Of a stretch of DNA of 46,776 nt, positions 10,183-18,974 are shown in pieces (position 1 is the stretch's first letter; each line of letters opens with the position of its first letter). This DNA is from Candidatus Staskawiczbacteria bacterium (GTDB lineage Bacteria > Patescibacteriota > Minisyncoccia > Minisyncoccales > Staskawiczbacteraceae). A model generated the notes under the pieces. The model saw nothing but the letters and a program-made list of their open reading frames with translations. It did no database searches and was not told the DNA's origin. The translations under genes were made by a program, and so were the position numbers. Location of the stretch: assembly GCA_016866675.1 (NCBI GenBank), contig VGLO01000002.1:1-46776 (forward strand). The letters run 5' to 3'.

Positions 10183-10208
10183 AAAAATCCGCCAAGAGGC
10201 GGATTTTT
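10183..10208 (+). terminator. Intrinsic terminator ending the S10-spc-secY run
   Basis: AAAAATCCGCC-AAGA-GGCGGATTTTT. Confidence 0.85.
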
Positions 10209-10210
10209 GG

Positions 10211-10239
10211 TTGAGTTTTATAAATCTTTTATATATAAT
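10211..10239 (+). promoter_or_regulatory. Sigma70-type promoter of adk (leaderless)
   Basis: TTGAGT-17-TATAAT, ATG 6 nt downstream. Confidence 0.65.
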
Positions 10240-10245
10240 ACTGCT

Positions 10246-10956
10246 ATGAGTAAAAAAGTGATTATTTTATTTGGTGCTCCGGGGGCTGGAAAAGGCACAC
10301 AATCAGAACTTCTTTCTGAAAAGATGGGTCTTTATTTGTTTGAGACAAGTAAAATGCTTGAAAAGGAATTCAAAAAAGTAGAGGAAATGCCAAAAGATGC
10401 AAAAGAAAGATTTGTTGAAATTGATGGAGAGAGGTTTGATATTTTAAATGAAAAAGAGATTTGGAAAAGAGGAGAATTGTGCAGTCCTCCCTGGGTGACT
10501 TATTTGACGATTAAAACTTTAAAAGACCTTCACGATGATGGAAGTAGTATTATTATGTCAGGATCTCCAAGAACTATTTATGAATCAGAAAGGGAGATGC
10601 CGGTTTTGGTTGAGCTTTATGGAAAGGAAAATATTAAGATTTGCTTGATTGAAATTTCAGCTGAAGTGACAATTGAGAGAAATTCGCACAGGAAAATTTG
10701 CGAATTAATGCGCCACTCAATTTTATTCAGCAAGGAAACCGAAAACCTGAAATTATGTCCCATTGATGGCTCAAATCTTGTAAAAAGAAAAGATTTGGAT
10801 GACCCAGAAACAATTAAAACAAGATTGGAGCAATATAAAGAAAGAACACTTCCTCTATTTGATTACTTTAGCAATAATGGGTTTAATGTGAAAAAGATTG
10901 ATGGTGAAACTTCTGTAGCTCAAGTGCACGAAGACATTTTAAAGGTAATTGGATAA
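10246..10956 (+). CDS. adk: Adenylate kinase family protein
   Basis: GAPGAGKGTQS P-loop, GSPR, R.DLDD; start reassigned to ATG 10246; canonical position between secY and map. Confidence 0.9.
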   Translation: MSKKVIILFGAPGAGKGTQSELLSEKMGLYLFETSKMLEKEFKKVEEMPKDAKERFVEIDGERFDILNEKEIWKRGELCSPPWVTYLTIKTLKDLHDDGSSIIMSGSPRTIYESEREMPVLVELYGKENIKICLIEISAEVTIERNSHRKICELMRHSILFSKETENLKLCPIDGSNLVKRKDLDDPETIKTRLEQYKERTLPLFDYFSNNGFNVKKIDGETSVAQVHEDILKVIG

Positions 10957-10957
10957 A

Positions 10958-11701
10958 ATGAGCCTAATTAAAACACAAAAAGAAGTAGAGGTAATGGCTG
11001 AAGGAGGCAAAATACTGGCTGAAGTTTTGGGTGAAATTGAAAAAATGGCAAAACCCGGAATTACAACTTTAGAATTAGACAGGGCTTCTGAGGCCCTTAT
11101 TTTAAAACGCGGAGCAAAACCTGCATTTAAGGGATACGAAAAGTTTCCCTACTCTCTATGTGCTTCTGTGAATGATGTAATTGTCCATGGATTCCCCTCA
11201 AACTACCGGCTAAAAAGCGGAGATGTTGTTGGTTTAGACCTAGGAGTTTTATGGAAGGGCTACAATACAGATATGGCTGTGACGGTTGCTGTAGGAGAGG
11301 TTTCCTTTGAGGCAAAGAGATTACTGCAAGTGACAAAAAAAGCATTAAGATTGGGAATCAAAAAAGCTAGAGCTGGTATCACAACCGGAGATTTAGGAAA
11401 CACTATACAAAAATATATTGAAGATCAAGGGTACGGAGTGGTGAGGGATTTGTGTGGTCACGGAATTGGCAAAGAAATACATGAGGATCCACAAATTCCA
11501 AACTATGGACAGCGTCACAAAGGAGTTGAATTAAAAGAGGGAATGGTAATTTGTATTGAGCCAATGGTGACTTTGGGAGATTTTAGATTAAAGGAAGCAA
11601 AAGACGGTTATGGATTTGCCACAAGGGATGGTAAGATTTCAGCCCACTTTGAACACACAATTGCAATTACAAGAGACGGGTGTAAGGTTTTGACAGAGTA
11701 G
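10958..11701 (+). CDS. map: Methionine aminopeptidase type I
   Basis: SVNDVIVHG, DLG...DMA.T, GHGIG..IHEDP, IEPMV, SAHFEHT. Confidence 0.98.
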   Translation: MSLIKTQKEVEVMAEGGKILAEVLGEIEKMAKPGITTLELDRASEALILKRGAKPAFKGYEKFPYSLCASVNDVIVHGFPSNYRLKSGDVVGLDLGVLWKGYNTDMAVTVAVGEVSFEAKRLLQVTKKALRLGIKKARAGITTGDLGNTIQKYIEDQGYGVVRDLCGHGIGKEIHEDPQIPNYGQRHKGVELKEGMVICIEPMVTLGDFRLKEAKDGYGFATRDGKISAHFEHTIAITRDGCKVLTE

Positions 11702-11721
11702 CTCTTTTTGGAGGTTTTAGA

Positions 11722-11994
11722 ATGGCAACAATTCTTGGTATTGAAACCTTTGCAGAGGCTCAAAAGAAATTAGAGCGAATATTGTCTCAACATCCTCCTT
11801 TGAGGAAAATAGTTGAAGAAACAACGATTCCTTGGGAATTAAGCCATAAGGGATATTTTTGGCCTTGTCCTGCTCCTAATTGCCTTGGTGGAGAACTTCA
11901 TGTGGCTGGGAGGAATAAGCTTTACGACGGAAGAGCTGGCTTGGGGAGCTTATACATATGTAAGGATTGCGGACATCAAGTAACCCGAAAATAA
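11722..11994 (+). CDS. Hypothetical protein with putative Zn ribbon
   Basis: CPAPNC...CKDC; GGAGG SD upstream; own terminator. Confidence 0.7.
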   Translation: MATILGIETFAEAQKKLERILSQHPPLRKIVEETTIPWELSHKGYFWPCPAPNCLGGELHVAGRNKLYDGRAGLGSLYICKDCGHQVTRK

Positions 11995-11995
11995 T

Positions 11996-12024
11996 AAGGT
12001 CCTGCTAGTATGTAGGGCTTTTTT
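11996..12024 (+). terminator. Intrinsic terminator
   Basis: AAGGTCCTGC-TAGTAT-GTAGGGCTT followed by T run. Confidence 0.7.
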
Positions 12025-12055
12025 GTTTTAGATTTTTTTAGTATGATATCTTAAT

Positions 12056-12757
12056 ATGAAAAAACTTATTGTTGCAAATTGGAAAATGAATCCATCTACG
12101 CAAAAAGAAGCAGTAGAGCTTTTTAATGCTGTGAAGGATGGAGTAAAAGAATCAGAAAATGCTAAGGTAGTAATTTGTCCGCCCTTTATTTATTTATCGA
12201 CACTGAAAGGGCTAACACTTGGAGCACAAAACGTTTTTTATAAGGAGTCGGGAGCATATACCGGCGAAGTTTCGCCAAAGCAACTAAAAGATTTAGGTGT
12301 TGAATATGTAATTACTGGACACTCTGAAGTCAGAATGTATTTGGGTGAAACCAATGAAGTGATAAATAAAAAAATAAAAGAATCTTTGAGTGAGGGATTA
12401 AAACCAATTTTTTGTATTGGTGAAAAAGAAGGTGAAAACAAAGAAGAAGTTTTAAAGAGACAAATTACAGAGGGTTTAAGAGATTTATCTGAAAAAGAGT
12501 CAGAAAATATTGTCATAGCTTATGAGCCAGTATGGGCAATAGGCACGGGAAAGAATTGTTCTGTTGAAGAAACAAAAAAATCTATTGAATTTATAAAGAA
12601 AATCGTATTTCAAGATATTAATGTTTTGTATGGGGGAAGTGTAAAAAGCTCAAACGCTTCTGATTACTTAAAAAACGGGGGAGTAGATGGATTATTGGTT
12701 GGTGGCTCATCCCTCAAGCCAGAAGAGTTTATAGAAATCATAAAATTGGCACAATAG
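12056..12757 (+). CDS. tpiA: Triosephosphate isomerase
   Basis: ANWKMN, GAYTGEVS, GHSE.R, AYEPVWAIGTG, LYGGSV, LVGGSSL. Confidence 0.99.
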   Translation: MKKLIVANWKMNPSTQKEAVELFNAVKDGVKESENAKVVICPPFIYLSTLKGLTLGAQNVFYKESGAYTGEVSPKQLKDLGVEYVITGHSEVRMYLGETNEVINKKIKESLSEGLKPIFCIGEKEGENKEEVLKRQITEGLRDLSEKESENIVIAYEPVWAIGTGKNCSVEETKKSIEFIKKIVFQDINVLYGGSVKSSNASDYLKNGGVDGLLVGGSSLKPEEFIEIIKLAQ

Positions 12758-12765
12758 TTAAGTAT

Positions 12766-12788
12766 GGGCTAGGTTTCCTAGCCTTTTT
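12766..12788 (+). terminator. Intrinsic terminator after tpiA
   Basis: GGGCTAGG-TTT-CCTAGCCT-TTTT. Confidence 0.75.
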
Positions 12789-12829
12789 GATTTAATTGAC
12801 ATTTTTTGGGTCTAAAGTATATTAAGTGT

Positions 12830-13366
12830 ATGGAAGAAGAAGTAATTGATGTAGGACAATTTTATAATCCAAGCAATGGCCGAATGAATTTTAAGGAAGT
12901 AATAGATGATATTAAAGGCTATATTTTAGCCCAGCCAGGATTTTTTTACGATATTGTTGTTGGATGCGACTCTCCTTCATCTGACAAACCATTTTTTCCA
13001 ATTGCAATTGTTGTTTTAAGAAAAGGAGCCGGTGGCAGGTTTTTCTTAAAAAAAATGCATTATCCAGATGAGCAGCTCAAGCGTTTTGTGAATGTTCCAA
13101 CCAATTGGAAGCAGAGGATTTTACAAGAAGTTTATTTATCATGTGAGTTGGCTCTTTCTCTAAGAGAGGCATTAGAAAGGGAATTCGGTAAAGCAAGTCC
13201 AACATTTAATTATCAATTTCAGTATATTCATGCAGATGTAGGTGAGCATGGCAAAACAAAAGAAATGGTAAAGGAGGTGACAGGATTGATTAAAGGGCAT
13301 GGCTTTGAACCAATGATAAAACCACTTTCATTTGCTGCCTCAGTGGTTGCAGACAGGTATACGTAG
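12830..13366 (+). CDS. RNase H-like YkuK (DUF458) family protein
   Basis: VGCDS, R.G.GGRFF, RI..E...S, IHADVG..GKT...KEV.G, IKP.SFAASVVAD; TTGACA-16-TATATT 6 nt before ATG. Confidence 0.85.
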   Translation: MEEEVIDVGQFYNPSNGRMNFKEVIDDIKGYILAQPGFFYDIVVGCDSPSSDKPFFPIAIVVLRKGAGGRFFLKKMHYPDEQLKRFVNVPTNWKQRILQEVYLSCELALSLREALEREFGKASPTFNYQFQYIHADVGEHGKTKEMVKEVTGLIKGHGFEPMIKPLSFAASVVADRYT

Positions 13367-13393
13367 TTATTTTTTTTGGAGAGGAGGTATCCA

Positions 13394-13747
13394 ATGCTAG
13401 AACTTTTAAAATTGGGCGATTCAGGATTAAGACAAAAATTACTTTTTGGGAAAGAAGTAGTTAAATATTCTCGCGCCACAAATATGACTCGCAAACATGT
13501 TGTGTCTGATGAGTATGGCACAGTGGAGTTGACTCTTTACCAGCGCTCGAATGCTTGCAATAAAGAAGCAGGAATTATCTTGTTGCCACCAAAAGACTTT
13601 GGACATATTGAATTGATTGCTAAAATGATCAGGGTTTTTGGGCAAAGAATGGAAAATTGCTTCGCAACTGTGGGAGATTACTATTTTTATCTTGTTGCAA
13701 AGTATGGATTAACCAAAGTTAAATACTCTGCATGGAATCCTGAATGA
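13394..13747 (+). CDS. Hypothetical orphan protein
   Basis: 117-aa ORF with strong GAGGAGGT SD and own terminator. Confidence 0.65.
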   Translation: MLELLKLGDSGLRQKLLFGKEVVKYSRATNMTRKHVVSDEYGTVELTLYQRSNACNKEAGIILLPPKDFGHIELIAKMIRVFGQRMENCFATVGDYYFYLVAKYGLTKVKYSAWNPE

Positions 13748-13754
13748 AATTATT

Positions 13755-13780
13755 ACCGGTGGTTTTGACTACCGGTTTTT
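13755..13780 (+). terminator. Intrinsic terminator
   Basis: ACCGGTGG-TTTTGA-CTACCGGT-TTTT. Confidence 0.75.
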
Positions 13781-13876
13781 GTTTTGAAAAAATATTTGAT
13801 GAAAGAAGATTTTTATTGTAAAATAGAAATCCACGGACTACGTCCATGGTATTGGAGCAAGAAATAATAAAAAATC

Positions 13877-15631
13877 ATGAATTCAGCAGATTTACGGAAA
13901 AAATTCCTCGAATTTTTTAAAAAAAATGAGCATACTGTGGTTCCCTCTTCTTCGCTATTGCCGACTGATCCTTCGGTACTTTTTACAACTGCGGGCATGC
14001 AACAATTCAAGCCCTATTATACAGGTGACGCTGATGCGATGAAGGATTTTGGATCACTGAGCACGGCTTCTGTCCAAAAATCTATGCGTACTTCAGATAT
14101 TGAAGAGGTTGGCGATGATACCCACGATACCTTCTTTGAAATGCTGGGAAACTTCAGTTTTGGCGGGTACTGGAAAAAAGAAGCCATTACGTACGCTTTT
14201 GAATTTATTGCAAGCGTAGTGGGATTGGAGATTTCGTATGTTACGGTTTTTGAAGGGTCAGATGTAGTGCCAAAAGATGAAGAATCAAAAGAAATTTGGA
14301 AATCACTTGGGGTTACAGATATCAGGGAAGAAGGAATGGAAGATGTCTTTTGGGGCCCAACGGGAAATAATGGCCCTTGCGGACCAACCACGGAAATTTA
14401 CTGTAAAAATGCTAATGGAATAGATGTTGAAATTTGGAATATTGTTTTCAATGAGTTTTTCTGTGACGGCTCAAGAGAGCAATTGTTAGCCGGAGAAGCA
14501 AAGCTCACTCCTCTTGAGAAAAAAGGAATTGATACGGGCATGGGATTAGAAAGGCTAGCCATGGTTGCCCAAAAAACAACCAATATTTTTGATACAGATT
14601 TATTTTTACCAATTTTAGACCAAGTTCCAGATGCAGATTTGAGGCTGAGGCGAATAGTGGCTGACCATTTGAGATCTGCAATATTTTTAATTGCTGATGG
14701 CGTCTTACCTTCAAACAAAGATCAGGGGTACATTTTGCGAAGGCTGCTTAGGAGAGCGATGACCTATGGTAGGATGCATCACTTTAAAAAGGAAATTGTT
14801 GATAATATTGTTGAGGCCACACTTTCTATATATGAAGGCACCTACAAGGAATTAGAAGAGAAAAAAGAGCATGTGTTGAGCGTTATTCATGAAGAGGGGA
14901 GGAAGTTTGGCGAAACATTGGAAAAGGGTTTGAAAGAATTAGAAAAAATGGAAAATATTGACGCAAAGTCAGCATTCTTTCTCTATCAGACGTTTGGCGT
15001 TCCATTTGATATTTTAAAAGAGCTAAGCGGAAAAGAAATTAATCAAAAAGCTTTTGAAGATGAACTAAAAAAACACCAGGAGCTTTCAAAGACGGCTTCA
15101 GCTGGAATGTTTAAGGGGGGGCTGGCTGATCACGATGAAAAAACCATTAGATTACATACAGCTCATCACTTGTTGCTGTCTGCTTTGCAGGAATTATTTG
15201 GAAAGGAAGTAAAACAGCGAGGAAGCAATATTAATCAAGAACGATTACGAATTGATTTTTCATTTTCTCGGAAGTTAACCGATCAAGAAAAAAAACACAT
15301 TGAAGATATGGTTAATGAAAAGATTCAGCAGGGATTGGATGTGGTAAAAAGGGAGATGCCAAAGGAGGAAGCAGAAAAGATTGGCGCAGAAATGGAATTT
15401 GGTGTAAAATATAATAACATTGTTTCAGTGTATTTTATTGTCCCGATGCCAGAAGCATCGAGGATCCGCGATGGCGAGGCCATCGGGAAGGATATTATGG
15501 ATAAAGTATTTAGCAAGGAATTCTGCGGAGGACCTCATGTAAAAAATACTTCTGAATTAGGACATTTTAAGATTGTAAAAGAGGAAGCTTCCTCACAAGG
15601 GGTCAGAAGAATTAAAGCAATTTTAGAGTAA
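13877..15631 (+). CDS. alaS: Alanine--tRNA ligase (short form lacking C-Ala domain)
   Basis: LFTTAGMQQFK, TFFEMLGNFSFG, GPCGP, IDTGMGLER, HTAHHLL, EFCGGPHV, GVRRIKA at C-terminus. Confidence 0.98.
   Translation: MNSADLRKKFLEFFKKNEHTVVPSSSLLPTDPSVLFTTAGMQQFKPYYTGDADAMKDFGSLSTASVQKSMRTSDIEEVGDDTHDTFFEMLGNFSFGGYWKKEAITYAFEFIASVVGLEISYVTVFEGSDVVPKDEESKEIWKSLGVTDIREEGMEDVFWGPTGNNGPCGPTTEIYCKNANGIDVEIWNIVFNEFFCDGSREQLLAGEAKLTPLEKKGIDTGMGLERLAMVAQKTTNIFDTDLFLPILDQVPDADLRLRRIVADHLRSAIFLIADGVLPSNKDQGYILRRLLRRAMTYGRMHHFKKEIVDNIVEATLSIYEGTYKELEEKKEHVLSVIHEEGRKFGETLEKGLKELEKMENIDAKSAFFLYQTFGVPFDILKELSGKEINQKAFEDELKKHQELSKTASAGMFKGGLADHDEKTIRLHTAHHLLLSALQELFGKEVKQRGSNINQERLRIDFSFSRKLTDQEKKHIEDMVNEKIQQGLDVVKREMPKEEAEKIGAEMEFGVKYNNIVSVYFIVPMPEASRIRDGEAIGKDIMDKVFSKEFCGGPHVKNTSELGHFKIVKEEASSQGVRRIKAILE
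15441..15488. repeat. 48-bp palindromic element inside alaS, frame-preserving
   Basis: TCCCGATG...CATCGGGA termini, inner ATCG/CGAT; GC-rich within an AT-rich gene. Confidence 0.75.
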
Positions 15632-15638
15632 AAATTCT

Positions 15639-16961
15639 ATGCCAAGAAAAATTTACGATGTAGTACCACCTAAGGTGGCCAACAAATTAGAAAACGCAGT
15701 ACGGGATTTGGGCGTTGCAAAAGCAACAAAAAAGAAGCGCACAACAAAATCTGTAAAAATTAACAAAAGTCCACGAGTTGAAAGCAAGATTCAAATGCCG
15801 GCGATAGATCAAAAACATTCAATTAAAAAATGGGTTGGCATTGGAGTTGTTGTTTGTGTTTTTCTAGTTGGATTATTTCTTTTTGTAAGACTACCAAAAG
15901 CCGAAATTCAAATTTCACCTACTTTGAGCGAGATAAAATTGGAAGACGAAATTCTAGCTAACAAGAATGTAAGCGAAATTAATTTTATTGGAAAAGTAAT
16001 TCCACTTAAAGTTTTAGAAGATACAAAAGAATCTTCACAAAACTTTCCAGCTACGGGTACCGCTTCAAATGAAGGAAGAGCCACAGGAACCATAAGAATA
16101 TATAATAAAAACAATCCCGCCACGCCAGTCACATTGGTTTCTGGTACTCACTTTTTATCTGATTCTGGTAAATACTTTGTGACTTTAGCAAAGGTGACTA
16201 TTCCTGCAATGAAAAATAAGGTGCCTGGATCAATTGTTGTAAAAGTTCAAGCTGAAAAATCAGGAGAAGAATATAATATTAAACCCGCAAGTTTTTCTGT
16301 TCCTAAACTTTCTGGGACATCTTACTATTATAGTATTTGGGCTGAATCAACAGAAGATATGGTAGGTGGATATACAGGAAAGGTAAAAAAAGTGACGAAG
16401 GATGACATTGAGAGCGCAGAAGATGTTTTAACAAAAAAACTTATATCAGATGCAGAGTCTACAATAAAAAGCAAAATTTCAGAAGATGAAATTATTCTTG
16501 ATGATTCTGTTTTGGCAAATGTAATTTCTACAATTTCTGATGTAAAGCCAGAAACAGTAGTAGAATCATTTAATCAATCTGCAAGCGTAAAAATTACAGC
16601 CCTAGTGGTTAATAAAAAAGATTTAGAAGAATATGCAAAGAAAGTAATTTCAGAAAAAATTCCTTCTGATAGTAAATTACTAGAAAGTAGTTTGAGTATT
16701 GTTTATGAGTCTGGGTTATTAGACTTTACAAAAGGGACAGAAAAGATTTCTCTTAGTGTTTCTGCAAAAAGCTACAACACAGTAAACACAGATGAGCTTT
16801 CTGAAATGTTTAGCAAGAAAGGGGAGTCTGAAATTAAAAGTATTGTTGAATCAACTTACGGAGACAAGGTTTCCTTAGTTGATGTTAATTTTTGGCCTTT
16901 CTGGGTAAATTCAGCTCCGAGCAATGTAAGCAGGATTAAAACTAACCTAAGTTTTGAATAA
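15639..16961 (+). CDS. Membrane-anchored baseplate J/gp47-like protein
   Basis: Single N-terminal TM; A.G.I.IYN, L..GT.F, V.V.A...GEEYNI, GG...V.VT..DI, PFW motifs. Confidence 0.7.
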   Translation: MPRKIYDVVPPKVANKLENAVRDLGVAKATKKKRTTKSVKINKSPRVESKIQMPAIDQKHSIKKWVGIGVVVCVFLVGLFLFVRLPKAEIQISPTLSEIKLEDEILANKNVSEINFIGKVIPLKVLEDTKESSQNFPATGTASNEGRATGTIRIYNKNNPATPVTLVSGTHFLSDSGKYFVTLAKVTIPAMKNKVPGSIVVKVQAEKSGEEYNIKPASFSVPKLSGTSYYYSIWAESTEDMVGGYTGKVKKVTKDDIESAEDVLTKKLISDAESTIKSKISEDEIILDDSVLANVISTISDVKPETVVESFNQSASVKITALVVNKKDLEEYAKKVISEKIPSDSKLLESSLSIVYESGLLDFTKGTEKISLSVSAKSYNTVNTDELSEMFSKKGESEIKSIVESTYGDKVSLVDVNFWPFWVNSAPSNVSRIKTNLSFE

Positions 16962-17034
16962 ATAATCCAAAAATAGTCTAAAAATACCAATAGGGTTGAC
17001 CTTTTTTAGTATTTTTGTTAACATAGCCTAGTAA

Positions 17035-17301
17035 ATGGAAGACATTCAAACTAATTCCAAAAGCGCACAAGAAGACCCCAAAAAGGTCATAAAAACAGAA
17101 GGTAGGGTAATGGAAGCTTTGCCCAATGCTTTTTTTAAGGTTTTACTGGAAGACGGAAGAGAAATTACAGGTTTTCTTTCCGGAAAAATGAAATTAAATA
17201 GGATTAAGATTTTACCTGGAGATAAAGTGACTTTGGAGATGTCTCCGTATGATAATTCAAAGGGTAGAATTACATATAGACTAAAGCAATATGAAAGTTA
17301 G
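17035..17301 (+). CDS. infA: Translation initiation factor IF-1
   Basis: EG.V.EALPNA.F.V.L, SGKM...[21 protein letters not shown]. Confidence 0.98.
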   Translation: MEDIQTNSKSAQEDPKKVIKTEGRVMEALPNAFFKVLLEDGREITGFLSGKMKLNRIKILPGDKVTLEMSPYDNSKGRITYRLKQYES

Positions 17302-17407
17302 ACCATCAGTAAAAAAGATTTGTAATGACTGCAAGATTATAAAGAGATCTGGGCGAATTTATGTTATTTGCAAGAAAAATCCAAAACATAAACAAAGACA
17401 AGGTTAA
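17291..17407 (+). CDS. rpmJ: 50S ribosomal protein L36 (not in ORF track)
   Basis: Manual translation [38 protein letters not shown]; overlaps infA end by 11 nt. Confidence 0.97.
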   Translation: MKVRPSVKKICNDCKIIKRSGRIYVICKKNPKHKQRQG

Positions 17408-17420
17408 TTTTTTAAAAAAT

Positions 17421-17810
17421 ATGCCAAGAATAGTAGGGGTGACTATCCCCGACGACAAAAGAATGGAAGTTGCAATAACCTATATATATGGAATAGGCAA
17501 AACTTTAGGTAAGGAAATTTTAGAAAAAACAAAGATTGATTTAAATAAAAAAGCAAAAGACTTAAGCCAACAGGAATTAAGCGATCTTAAAGAATATATT
17601 GAAAAGAATTTTAAAATTGAGGGAGATTTGAGAAGACAGATAATGATTAATATAAAAAGGTTAAAGGACATTGGCACATGGAGAGGAACAAGACATTCAA
17701 AGAAATTACCGGTTAGAGGGCAAAGAACAAAAACAAATACAAGGACAGTAAGAGGTAATGTAAGAAAAACAATGGGATCAGGAAGAAAACCATCTGCATC
17801 ACCAACATAA
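17421..17810 (+). CDS. rpsM: 30S ribosomal protein S13
   Basis: MPRIVGV.IP, YIYGIG, EGDLRR, LPVRGQRTKTN; start reassigned to ATG 17421. Confidence 0.97.
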   Translation: MPRIVGVTIPDDKRMEVAITYIYGIGKTLGKEILEKTKIDLNKKAKDLSQQELSDLKEYIEKNFKIEGDLRRQIMINIKRLKDIGTWRGTRHSKKLPVRGQRTKTNTRTVRGNVRKTMGSGRKPSASPT

Positions 17811-17822
17811 TAATTTAATACA

Positions 17823-18275
17823 ATGGGAAAAAAACACGTCACACAACAAAGCCAAGAAGAGGCAATCAAAGAAAGCGAGAAAGTTGAATCAGCCGTAAAG
17901 AAAGATATAAGAGTAAAGGCAAGTCAACGAATTCTTGAGGGAAAGGTTTATGTTTCTTCTTCTTATAACAACACTATAATTACACTTACAAATTCAGTGG
18001 GACAGGTTTTGGCTACAAAGTCAGCTGGAGCAGTTGGATTTAAGGGGACCAAGAAATCAACTTCTTTTGCGGCTTCGCGCGTTGCTGAAACAATAGTTGG
18101 TGTTTGTAAGAAGTTAGGAATTGAAAAATTAGAAGTTTTAATAAAAGGTATTGGAGCCGGTAGAGAGTCAGCTGTTAGAACTTTGGTAGCTCAAGGGCTA
18201 AACATTGTTTCAGTAAAGGATGTGACTCCAATTCCACACAATGGAGTGACTCCCAAAAAAGTAAGAAGAGTTTAA
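17823..18275 (+). CDS. rpsK: 30S ribosomal protein S11
   Basis: SYNNTI, GFKGTKKST.FAA, GRESA, DVTPIPHNG. Confidence 0.98.
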   Translation: MGKKHVTQQSQEEAIKESEKVESAVKKDIRVKASQRILEGKVYVSSSYNNTIITLTNSVGQVLATKSAGAVGFKGTKKSTSFAASRVAETIVGVCKKLGIEKLEVLIKGIGAGRESAVRTLVAQGLNIVSVKDVTPIPHNGVTPKKVRRV

Positions 18276-18278
18276 AAA

Positions 18279-18860
18279 ATGGCAGAAATAAATACACAAA
18301 ATAATAAAGGAGTAAATAATGTGATGCCAAATTCACCTGCACCTGATAAAAAAAGAAAATCAAGGGGTGCTGTTTCTGAATACAAAAAATCTTTAGTTGA
18401 GAAACAAGCCCTAAAAAATCTTTATGGATTGTCAGAGAGACAATTTAAAAAGTATGTTTTAAACGCTTTATCTAGCATAAGAAAAGTTGAAAATGTTTCA
18501 GATGAATTGATAAAGTCTTTAGAAAAAAGGCTTGATAATGTAATTTTTCGTATTGGATTTGCAAAGACAAGAGCCCAATCAAGGCAGTTGGTTAATCATG
18601 CCTACTTCTTCGTAAACGGAAAGTCAGTAAACATCCCTTCATTTGAAGTGAAAAAGGGTGATGTAGTTTCAATTAAGGAATCAAAAAGGAAAAAATTGAT
18701 ATTTCAGGAATTATCAAAAGATTTAAAAAAGATGGAAGCGCCATCTTGGTTAAAGCTAAATAAAGAAGGGTTTTTTGCAGATGTTTTAGGAGACCCAAGT
18801 TTGGCTGAAGCAAATCCACCGGTTGAAATTTCTTTGATATTTGAGTTTTATTCAAAGTAA
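18279..18860 (+). CDS. rpsD: 30S ribosomal protein S4 (divergent N-terminus)
   Basis: SEY...L.EKQ, YGLSERQF, LE.RLDNV..R.GFA, RQLV.H, EFYS. Confidence 0.96.
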   Translation: MAEINTQNNKGVNNVMPNSPAPDKKRKSRGAVSEYKKSLVEKQALKNLYGLSERQFKKYVLNALSSIRKVENVSDELIKSLEKRLDNVIFRIGFAKTRAQSRQLVNHAYFFVNGKSVNIPSFEVKKGDVVSIKESKRKKLIFQELSKDLKKMEAPSWLKLNKEGFFADVLGDPSLAEANPPVEISLIFEFYSK

Positions 18861-18895
18861 AAATTTGCAAAGCAATTTGTAAAAATCAAAATAAG

Positions 18896-18965
18896 TTAGT
18901 TGTTGGGTATTGGTTGCTCGATAATCGTCACATGACGTATCTAGCACCTAAAACCTAACAACTAA
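18896..18965. repeat. Heptamer-periodic fold-back element (rpsD-rpoA spacer)
   Basis: TTAGTTGTTGGGTATTGGTTGCT pairs with AGCACCTAAAACCTAACAACTAA; inner CGTCA-CA-TGACG. Confidence 0.75.
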
Positions 18966-18974
18966 AATAAAAAC

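Noticed and set aside
17361..17420. Extended rpsM N-terminus from the ORF track
   Set aside because: Overlaps rpmJ in another frame; the true start is MPRIVG at 17421.
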